Of a DNA stretch of 64,000 bases, positions 24,877 through 36,800 are shown piece after piece. Within the stretch, counting starts at the first letter, position 1; each line of letters begins with the position of its first letter. The position numbers and the translations under genes are program-made. This DNA comes from Thalia democratica. Lineage: Eukaryota. The stretch lies in assembly GCA_965202585.1 (NCBI GenBank), contig OZ241833.1, positions 45,074,001 through 45,138,000 on the forward strand, written 5' to 3'. The notes beneath the pieces were generated by a model that saw nothing but the letters and a program-made list of their open reading frames with translations, ran no database searches and had not been told where the DNA came from.

Positions 24877-27800
24877 ATGGACTCTGCCTTACTCGCAAAC
24901 GTTTTCTTCGCCTTTTTGAGTTTTTTGCTGCCCTACAAGCTCATACCCACCTTCAAGGAGAGCCTCATCAAGAAAGGGCTGTTTGGCAGGGACTTGAACA
25001 AAGTTGATAAGTCACCGGTTAGAATAGATTTACACAGTTTTACTAAAAAATAAAAATTTATTACAACTTGAGAATATTTTACATTGATAATAAAATTTTT
25101 GTGATTTATAAATTTTAAGGATATAAGGGGGTCCACCTTGATTTTCACAAGTTGATATTAGTTTAAAAAGTTTTATCTGAGCTATCAGATATTTTATCGC
25201 TTATAAAAGTTCAAAGTAATTTTTTAGATATAAGCAATCAAAGTTGGTGACCTCAAATAAGTAGTGTTCCTAATGGAAGGCGTAAAACTAAAATAAGAAA
25301 AAGGACTATTTTATTAAAAATTTATCTTGTACTTCATTTTTCAATTAATCTTCCTAAACATTTTTCAGAAAGTCTATTATTAAATTTAAAAAAGATTAAA
25401 TGTACAATTTTTTTATTTTGAAATAAAATCTTATTAAAAAAAAAACAACCTATTTTATTTTTTTTTTTATGTTAAATTTTAGTTTTAAATATTTCTAAAA
25501 TCACAACATTCAAAGTCTTTTAAACTATATAAACATTTCCTGAAAGTTTGAGATCTCTAGGCTAGCTCAAAAATTATTGGATCATATAGATTTTTAGAGT
25601 TGTTTTTTTTTTAAATTGACCTCAATAAGTTTGCAATTTATAGGTTGTAATGGAATTTTTTTTCTAAATTACAGTATTTCTAAAGTTGAATAATATGTTT
25701 TAATTCTATAAAAACTAGTTTGTAGTTTTTACTTAAAACCTTAATATAAAAGCCAATGTTATTTTATTTAAAAGTGTTAGACCCCCCTATGCCCTTAATA
25801 AGTAAAAAACTTCAAAAAAAGAGAAATTATCTTTTCATTTAAAGTTTTTTATTTTAATTTTTGTCAGTTAAGCTAAGTGAAGATTTTAAAGGTTTGAATT
25901 GTTTAACTATATTATAAAAATTAAATTCAGAAGACTTAAAGATTAACTAGGGTAGCTATTACTCAGGATACTAATTATTTTCAGTTAAATTCAGGATAGT
26001 TTCCAATTTTTAAAGATCTCAAGATGACTAAAGATATATTTAGGCTAACTCAAGCAAGTAAATAAATAAAACTCAGGATTTAATAAATTGTACCAGATTC
26101 CATATTTTGATATTTTAAAACCAGTTTTGTTTAAAAATTTGTTTTTCGATTTATTACTTTGTGTTGCTACTTACAGTTTTGATCTACTTACAGGTTAAAT
26201 TATTTTTGGTATATTTTTATTTGCATTTTTAAGTTGTTTATATTTTTAAACATTTTTTGTTTAACATTTTTAGTAGTTAAATATATTTAATAAAAACATT
26301 TAAAAAATAGTTTTAGTATATTTACTTGATGAGTTCTCTTGGTTTTTATATATAACATTAACACAAAAGTTTGTAATAACTACAATTTAAACTTTTACTC
26401 TTTTGATTCTGATTTTTTATTACCTATTACATAGTATAATAGGTATGTGATGTATTCTTAGAATTTATGTTATACTCAAAAGACAGTAATTTGTTTAAGA
26501 TAAAAAAATAATTTTAAGGTTCAATTTTTCTAGGAATAGCTCCTTGAATTATTAAAAAATATATTATTGAACCAACTAAACAAATAAAACTTTTTATGAT
26601 CAAAAATAAAAACTTAATCATAATTTTTAAATATTGTTAAGAATTAATTAAAATAGTTCTTAAAGTAGAGTTGTTTGGTATCATTTTCAAACCAGACTAA
26701 GAAAGTTTGAGAACTACTGCTAAAAAAATTTAAAAAGTGCAAGATAAGATATATTTAAATGTTTTTTTTTCTTTCTCATTTGGTTGTTTTATGCACTTTC
26801 TGACTAAGCATCTTAATATTTCAAAATTTAAATTGGATTAAAATAAAACACTAAAAGTAACTTTAATCCAATTTAAATTTCTTGAAATTAAGAAAAAGTT
26901 TATACAGTTTCTGTCAATTAAAAATAACATTTAGTGGCTCTGAAGCGTGTGGGAATAGTGATTTTTTTTCTGTTTAAAACAATCTTTAAAATGAAACAAC
27001 TAATGAATGATTATAAGATTTCATTCAATAATAATAGTTTTAACAAAAATAGACAGAAGCATGGGGAATAATATATATATATATAACTCTTTATATCATG
27101 ATACAATTAATAAATATGTTTTTATTCTTTTTTAAGGTCCCCGAAGCATGTGGAGTTATAATGAGCATCTCCTTCTGGGTCATCATGGTCCTCTTCATCC
27201 CCTTCCCCTTCTACAACATGATCGGGTCGAGCGAGTTGGTCAAGGACCTGAACACTGAACTCATTCAGTACATGATCGCGTTGCTTTCTATTTGCTTCAT
27301 GATACTGCTGGGATTTGTCGATGATGTACTGGATTTGAGATGGAGGTATGTTACTTATTCTAACATTCATAAAATAGTTAAAATAGTGTTGTTAATTTTG
27401 TAAATCAAAGATGGGCTGTTATTCTAGTTGGCTGATAAGATTTACCAAATGATAATTTTTGCAAGCTAAACTTGTTAAAAAAAAGTCTTTCCAGGCAAAA
27501 TAGTTTTAAAAATTTTATTTACAGTTTATTTTTATTAAAAATAAATATTAATGTTATCATCACAATTGTGTATAAAAATCAAATTAACTTCACATTCCAA
27601 AATATTTGTTATACAAAAGCTAAATTTGATTTTTGCACATTGTGGTTGTTTTTGAGTTTGAAAATGCTGGTCAGGCTTGATGGCTGTAGGTTGTTCACCC
27701 TTGTTTCGATTATCTTTTCACCAACTGTGTAAATATGAATGTAATTTTAGTAAAATAGTGTTTGTTAGTGAGAAAAACTTGTGTATAAAATATGAAAGCA

Positions 27801-30800
27801 TATTAAGAAACATATCACTCTTCTTGAACTTATTGAAACTATCAAGGTCATTGAACAGTTTTTCATTAAAACCTTTGTATTTAAGTTTGTAGTCCAAATT
27901 AAATTTAGAGTAAATAAGTTATGTCTTTTGTACAGTAATTAAAGTTAGATGACTTGGATATGTAATAAAAAGTACTATATAAATAAACTAAAATGTCAAA
28001 TAAAATTTGGAATTACTTATATGATTGAATTTACACCAGAATTTAAAACTTTGAAACTTTATTTGTAATTGTATATTTTAAACTGACTTTCATAAACATT
28101 GTCAATAGCTTAAATAGAGGTACTAAGCTAAAAAATATGTTCTTAGTGCTTTATACTACATAAAGCTCTTTACATTTCAGTAAATTGAGCAACCTATTTT
28201 AGTTAAGACAAATAACCATATATTATATTAGGACAAAATAACACAACTAGTTCTATAAAAACAACTGTATTTTGTTGTAATGATTTTTTTTATTTCAGGT
28301 TATAATTTTTTTATTCTATAAAAAGAGCAACTTCAAATTAATTTTTAAGTTATTATTTTATCATTTACAATTAACCTCTCAAAAGTTCTTTTATTATTAC
28401 TTTATATAAAGTAATACTTATCTTTTGTACTTAAAGCTTTCATATTATAGTCTCTGTTACTTTAAAAAACAAAGCTTTTCCCCCCTTATTGTATTGAAAC
28501 CTATTTATTTACAAAATTTATTCTACTTAACTCAATATTATTATACAAACTGTATGTAAAAAATTACTCATGATATTTTTGTTCGTGCAAATACAAATTC
28601 ATGATACCAACTTCAGGGTCCCTTTTCCTTCTAATTGTTAAAAATAAATTGAGTATTTAATATTTTTTCTTTTAAAACAGATACAAGTTCATACTGCCAA
28701 CAGCAGGCTCTCTACCCCTTCTACTTGTGTACTACATCAACATATCAAACACAACCGTTATTGTGCCTAAACCGTTGGTGGTTCTACTTGGAAGTTCATT
28801 AGATCTTGGTTAGTTTTGATTTTCGTGTTTTATTTAACATATACCAATGGTGTTTTAATTCATAAAACCATGACTTGCTTTTGTTCATTTTAATTGCATT
28901 GTTTTGTTTTTGCTTAAAACCATAGTGTTTCTCCCATAGCCTGGTACATACTCTTGCGTATTTTCTAGTTAGTTTTCTTAATTTAAGAAATATCTTCAAA
29001 TATAATTTGTAAAATTATAGTTTTATTTTTTCAGGCATTGAAAGTATAAAAAGTAAGTTTATTTATATGAATTTTTAACAAAGGTTTAGTTGTAGTGTGA
29101 AGTTATTAAAGAAAGTTTTGTTTCAAAAATTTGGAGAATTCAAAATTTCAGTTGTTTTCACTTATTAAGATTATAATAGCGATTTTCTAACAAGAGTTGA
29201 GTGCATTAAATTATCAGGGTTGCCACTTTACCTGGAATCCTGGAAAAACCTGGAACTTGACAATTTAGGCAAAAAAACCTGGAATTTGGGAATTTTTGAA
29301 AAAACCTGGAAAACCTGGAATTTTGAACAAAGTTCACTTTGAAAATCTGGAAAAACCTAAAATTTTAATAATTTTTAATGTTCAGTAGTAAAATTTTGAT
29401 TTGACGTAAAAAATCTATCATATAAACAAAATTTTCTGTCACTATCAGTATTTTATTTTAAACACTTTCACAAAGTAGCTTTACACGAATTTTCAATGTT
29501 TTTAACTTATAACACAGTTTCTTATCTTAAACTTTATTTTAAACTAAAAATAGATCCAAAAATGTGTACTTTTGAAAACCTGGAAGAAATTTGGAAAACC
29601 TGGAAAAAATTTTGAAAAAGCGAGTGGCAACCATTATAAAAGAGCAATCTAAAGTGATAACTAAACTCACTATAACAAAAGGATCATGACAGCTATAAGT
29701 ATCAGCATATTACATGTTAAAATTTTTCATGTAAATTATGTTGAATAGTTATATTATTAGTTTTTCTAATGTATATAAATTCAACTGTGTAATTTCTAGT
29801 TAATTACCGATTAAAATACCTAAAACAGTTTGGATAAATAAAATATATTAAAAATTTACAGCGGCTTTTTAACTGCATGGATTTTGTTTGTTACTACTAA
29901 TAAAAAAAAGAAAATTAGTGTTATACAAATTTCACAGGTTTTCTCTACTACATATACATGGGAATGCTAGCTGTCTTTTGCACCAATGCCATCAACATTT
30001 ATGCAGGTTTGTTTTACTTATTTGAAATGTATAGAAATTATTTAAACTTGCGTTACATATAAGGTAGCAGTAGATAAAAATGTTACAGCAATTACATGAT
30101 GTTAATAATACAGTCGTTAATACATATTCAGTTGTTTAATACAGTCGTTAATACAATAGATGTTAATAATACAGGTGTTAATAATCTTTTAGTATTACAT
30201 TTTTTTTTAATTTGTACAGTGTTTACTAATGCGATAAATGTTCATCAATACATTTTTTTATTTTCTATTTCAACTTCAAAGTTAACATAATTGTGCTAGC
30301 TTTATAAACTTTAGAATTGCCAAAGTAAGGCAAAATATAGATTTAAAAAAGGTTTAAGCTTAAGCTAGCCAGGGAAATGACATGAATCGGCATTTTAAAA
30401 ACATTTTTTTAAAACAAAACTATATAGGGAAGTTTTTAATGTAGTTCAACAATATTATATAAATGGGTCAAAATTACACAAAGACAAAATTGCACGATGG
30501 GTCAATTTTGCACAAGGCACCAAGGGTCAATTTTTAACGAGTTGCAATTCTGCAAGGAGGGTCATTTTTGCACGAGAGTAAAAAAAACTAAAAGATAAAC
30601 TAATAAAAAAATAAAGAGAAAAAAAAGTTACTGATCAAGGGTAAGAGTTATGGGTAACAGTGATAGTAAAAAAAATAAACAATTAATTGAAAAAATTTTT
30701 TATTAAAAAAAAAAAAAATTATGAATAAAAACAAGCTAATTAAAAAGAAAAAAAAACTTCCGACCAAGGGTAAGGGTTATTGTAAAAGTGATAGTAAAAA

Positions 30801-33800
30801 AAGAAAATAAAAAAACTAAATCAATAAAAGATAAATAAAAAAATAACCTGTGAAAAAATGTTTCTGCGCAAAAATGTTTCCCGTTCAAAAGTGTCTTTGT
30901 GCAATTTTTTCTCCTCGCAATTTAGTCCCCTTGTGCAAAATTGACACCTACCACTTACATATATAATCATCAAGTGTAAGAAAATTTTTAATGTAGTTCA
31001 GCAATTTCTTATGTATATATAATTTGTTGTTGTAGACTCCTCTTTAAACAACAAGTTTAATAAATTATATTGTTTGCCGACATCAACTGTTTAGAAGTGG
31101 GTCAATCATTAGTGATATGAGCATCAGTAGTTAAAATATATGTATAAAACTACATTATATTTTAATTACTATTCTTATACATATTTGCAGGCATCAACGG
31201 TTTGGAAGTGGGTCAACCATTAGTGATATTTTAATATTTGTGTAATAATTTATATTTGTTTTTGTAGGAATTAATGGTTTAGAAGTTGGCCTGTCATTAG
31301 TAATATTAAAATATTTATGTAATAATTTATATTTGTTTTTGTAGGAATAAATGGTTTAGAAGTGGATCAGTCATTAGTAATATTTAAATATTTATGTAAT
31401 AATTTATACATGTTTTTTTGCAGGTATCAACGGTTTAGAAGTGGGTCAGTCATTAGTGATATGCGCATCGGTGATAGCCCACAACTTGATTGAGATGAAT
31501 ATAAGCAGCAGTGTTGCTTCATACCACAAATTCTCACTTTACTTCATGTTACCTTTTTTGGGTAGCTCACTGGCATTATACTACTATAACAGGTTAGAGT
31601 TTAATATTTAATAAATTTGTTTTTCATACCACAAATTCTCACTTTATTACATGTTACCATTCCTGGAAAGCTCTTTAGCATTTTACTACTATAACAGGTT
31701 AGAGTTTAATATTTAATAAATTTGTTTTTCATACCACAAATTCTCACTTTATTACATGTTACCATTCCTGGAAAGCTCTTTAGCGCTTTATTACTATAAC
31801 AGGATGGCTGTTAATTTATTTTATTATTTTTTGATATCTTTACAAATTCTCACTTTACTTCATGTTACCTTTCCTAGGCAGTTCACTGGCGCTTTATTAC
31901 TATAACAGGTTAGAGTTAATTATTTAATTAAATACTATTTTAAATTTTTCTTTATTTACCACAAGTTTTTAATTTATTACAACCTTTTATGGAAATATCT
32001 TTAGCGATGTACTTTATAACATTGGTTAATATTTGGTTGGTTAATAAAAGAAGATGTTTTTATTTTAAGTTTATGTCATACTACTTAATTTCAGTGTGTA
32101 ATTTTTAATTTGTTTCATGGGTACTTGCACTGTATTATTATTTACTAATTGGTTTGTTAGAAATATTAAGCTTTAAAAATATTAATCTATTCTTTTTTTA
32201 AGTAACTTAAAAAAATGATATCAAATGATTAGTACTGTGATATTCCACTGATTATTAAGTATTATTATTTTTCAGTTGATAGGTATATACTTGACTACTT
32301 TGTTATATACATATATATATATATATATATAATTGAATGTTTTTGTGTATTTTCGTAAGTTATGTTTGTATTGAAAACTGTTTATTTTAAGAATAGTTTG
32401 ACAATTTAAAATACCTTTTTTAAAATTTAGTTTAAGTCTTATTTTAATAAAACTTTGATAATTTTTTAACTTAAGTAGTTTTTTCTATAATTTTTTATTT
32501 TAGTGCAAATTAATAGATTAAAATCACTGTTCTAATAAAATAGTAAAATGGTTAAAATACGTTTTTTTGTTTTTTATAAGCTTGCATATAATCTAGTTTT
32601 TAATAGTTTGATCCTAATTATTGTCTTTTTTATCTTAATTCAAGTATCTAAAAACAATGACTTATAGTTTTAAGTTTTATTTCGTGAATTAAACAATGTA
32701 TTTAAAAAACTACTTAAACCAAAAAGTAATAATGTTTTTTTTTAAAGTAGTGTTAAAAAATAACTATTAAATATAATTGTTTATAAAACAATTTAAATTA
32801 TACTCTAATTTATTTTATAGCTATTATTCTGTTAACTTAAACACAATTTTTAATTTGTACATTTTAACTAGTTTACAAATAATTTTTTTACAAATAAGAA
32901 TCTATTTTCTAACGAGATTTATAGTTTTTACAGGGTTGCCACTCGGTCAGGAAAAGTCAGGAAATCAGGAAAAGTCAGGAAAAATTAAAAAAAATGACAA
33001 AATCAGGAAAAAATGGGGGGTTTTGAAAAAAAGTCAGGAAAAGTCAGGAAATTTGATCAAATTTAAAAAAATAGTCAGATTTTTTTCAGTTTAAATTTAA
33101 AAACTCCTTGTTTTCCAATGCCTTCAAGTAGTAAAAATTAATAAAAAGTCCTTTAAAGTCAGAAAAAATTCCAAAATTTTCATAAAAATATTTAAAAATA
33201 TTTAATTTTATTTCCAATGCCTTCATCTGGTATAAATTAGTAAAATATCCTTTATAAAACTGCAAAATTTTTATATTAACATATTGATCAAGTACCCTAC
33301 TTGAACAAGCAGATTTTGTAAGCTTTTTAGTATTGATGATCTTTAGCAAGGACACTTCCATAAAAAAACTGTGATATATACACAAAAGTTTATCTAGCAT
33401 AATTTTAGAATCAAAGTGTTTTTTGTTTAAGTAAATAATTGAGTTCTAATAACTAAGCAGTTAGTTTAGTATTTTATGTAATAAGTTAATGTGTATACTG
33501 AAGAGAAATGCAGACCAGATGAAGGAAACCATATTTTTATTAGAAAAGAGGTTGAAGGGCTAATAAAAAAAAAACAGAGAAAATAAATTCTAGTACATAC
33601 ATTTAAAAAAAACAGTATTTGATTAAGTTCTTTATTGTTTTAATGTTTTAACTGTAAAAATTCCTTATTGTTTCAAGGTTTGAGTTGTGAAAGTTTCTTA
33701 TTGATTATGATTTTAATTGTAAAAGTTCCTTATATGTCGTTTCGTTTATATAGATACATTTATGCTAGGAAATCTAAAAAATTGTGTTAATTATTGTTTT

Positions 33801-36800
33801 CAAGGTGTCAACTGTAAAAATTTGTTATTGTTTTTAGAATTTAGTTGTGAAAGTTTGTTATTAATTCAAGGTTTTAATTGTAAAAGTTCCTTATATGTCG
33901 TTTGTGTATCTAGATACATTTATGCTAGGAAATAATAATACAAGTATTTTACTGATAGAGCTGTTTATTACAAACATCAATCATACACAGATGGTTTAAG
34001 TGATGTACTTGAAGTTTGATGATAGAACTCAGCAAAAAACTGTTGTTTTTAACCTGTATGAAACTTAGATTGAAAGCTTTATATACTTTCAAAAGTTAGA
34101 CAATGTATCTTAGAATAAGTTTAATTTAAAAGTTTGATTTAGAAAAGTCAGGAAAATTTTGGTAAAAAGTCAGTAAAAGTCAGGAATTTTTTTTCAGCTT
34201 GATCAGTGGCAACCATGTTTTTATGGTATGAATGAAAACAATTTATAAAGATTTCTACAATAATCTAAATATTTTTTATATAAATTGAAAAGTATAGTTT
34301 TTAAGCTTTTAAATGAAAATTGTTTAAGTTTAAACCAATCTGTGTATCTAATCTGCGCAGTACATAACACTAGTAAATGTTTAACATTTTGTTGGAGTAA
34401 TTGTTGAATTTTTAAAACGTAAAAAACATATTTTAATAATGTGCAACATTTATTTAGTTTATATATTTTCTAATAATTAATGTTTGAAAAAAACGCTTAT
34501 TCAAAAGTTCTGTAAACCGGAATTATTAGTCACTTCACAGCTAACTTATAAATGATATTATAATTTAAGAGCTGTTTTTTATTAAGTTAAAACAATTATA
34601 GTTTTAGTAAGTTGTATGAATTTGGTTCACAAAATAATAATATATGTTTTTGATGAATACTTATTTTAATAGGTAAATTAATGAGAATTAATAAATTAAA
34701 TATTTTTGTGTATGCTAAATGTTTTTTATAAAAAAATGTTCTTGATATAAATAATTTAAAGTTTTATAATAAAATTTATTTAAGTCTACAAAAAAAAACT
34801 TTTTACACTGAAGTATTAAAACTACATTTGAAAAAAAGTCTTAGCATCTATATTTATCTATTTTTAATTATAGATGTGTTTTGTTCAGCTCTACTAACAA
34901 TTTTGTATTTGAAAGTTTATATAATACAGTATTTACGTGGTTGGTTCTATTTATATATTTAAAGTTTAACATGATGAAGCTAGGTTAATAAAATACGTTT
35001 TAAATTTATAAAACTATTTAGAATTTATACTATTTTTTGTATCTGTTTTGAGCTTTATAATATCAAAACCCTTAAGCAAGTACATTTGTAGACTTTGATA
35101 AATTTTTCCTTTTAATATCTTTAAAAAGTTTCACACTTTATAATTATTTAGAAGGTGAGTGCACGACTATTCGAATTCTTAAAAAAATAAAGGGTCACAA
35201 CTTGAAAAATATTGCCTACTTGAAAAAAAAAGTATCTAGGTCTTGTTAATAAATACAAGCAAATTTTACCCTTTGCAAAACATTAGATGTTTTTAGATAC
35301 GGTTTAAAAAGTCTTAATACTTAGTTACTTTTCGTAATTTTTAAAAATCTCTAAATATATTTAAATTTTGGATAAAAAGAAAAAATTGCTTGTAGATATT
35401 AGTAGGACGTACATATCTATTTTTTTTACTTTTTTATAGTATATACTAATTTTTGAGATATAGTCTCTTAAATATTAAATCTCAAATAAGAGTTTGACCA
35501 GTTTGAATATAAGTAGTCATGTAATCGAAAAATATAACCTTACCATGTTGTTACTTACAAATATATTTATTATTTTACAATATTTATTTTATGAATTTAA
35601 ATGTTTTCATTTTGAACTTTTTTTTTCACATGCTCAAAATCTGCGTCATATTTATAAACTAGTATGTTTAGTCACAACTTAAGTATGTTTATCACAAAGG
35701 TTGTTAGTAGTTTTTAAATATTTATTACTAGTTATTTTATTATCATTAGTTTTAAAATAAAAGCTTTATCAAATTTATTGCAAATGTTTGTTAGATTGAC
35801 TTCATAACAAAGTTTTAAATTGGTTTACTTATTATGAATATTAAATAATGAATATTATGAAATCACAAATGTTCAATACTTCAAACTTAATTTATATTAA
35901 ATAATTTTTACACATGATTACTTTTAAAGTACTGGCTTTACAATATAATTATATATCAAAAAGAAAAATTTTGCTCTTTGGTGTTGTAAAAATATCTACG
36001 ACTGAAATGTTCGTGGTTAATACTTTATGTTTATTAAATACAACTTAATTTAAGATATTTTATAAAAAGTTAAATTATTTTTTACAGATACATAAAAAAA
36101 GTGTTTGTAGGAGATAATTTTGCCACTTCACATAAAAAAAACTGTTATTGAAAACTAGTTCTATTCTTATTTATTTTATTTTTGTCTTTACAGATATCCA
36201 TCAAAAGTGTTCGTGGGTGATACATTCTGCTACTTTGCTGGAATGACGTTCGCCACAGTGGGAATACTGGGCCACTTCAGCAAGACGATGATATTGTTCT
36301 TCGTGCCGCAAACTGTTAATTTCGTGTATTCAATACCGCAGTTGTTCAGATTCGTACACTGTCCCAGGCATCGGTTGCCCAAGTTAGCAGAATTTTTTTA
36401 TATTACATAATTTATTGTTCAAATTTTGCATATTTGAAATCAATTTAATAACAATAACTGTATTTTGTAAAACAGTTTCTAAAGTTGTTTAATTAAAACG
36501 CGTTTTTCTTTTACTGTAAGTATTTCGGTCAAGCTGTGTTCAAAAAGCTCTTCCAAGTAGAAAGTTATTGTGTATTAATAAGCCATTACATATGCAAAGT
36601 CACGAAGCTAGTAAACATTTTTTAGATTAGTGTGTTTTTCTCCTACACTGTCAGTGGCTGCTGTGAAGAGTCAATTTGAAACATTTTAATTTATTGTACA
36701 CTATATAGTGTTGTACTGTATAAAGAAAAAAAACTAGGATCGTGGAAAAACCTGGAAATTGACAATTTAGACAAAAATATCCTGAAAAAACCTGGGATTT

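Noticed and set aside
15955-24877. Bidirectional promoter for head-to-head UBE2L3 and DPAGT1
   Set aside because: Start codons are ~8.9 kb apart with repeat-filled sequence between; no promoter motif can be supported.
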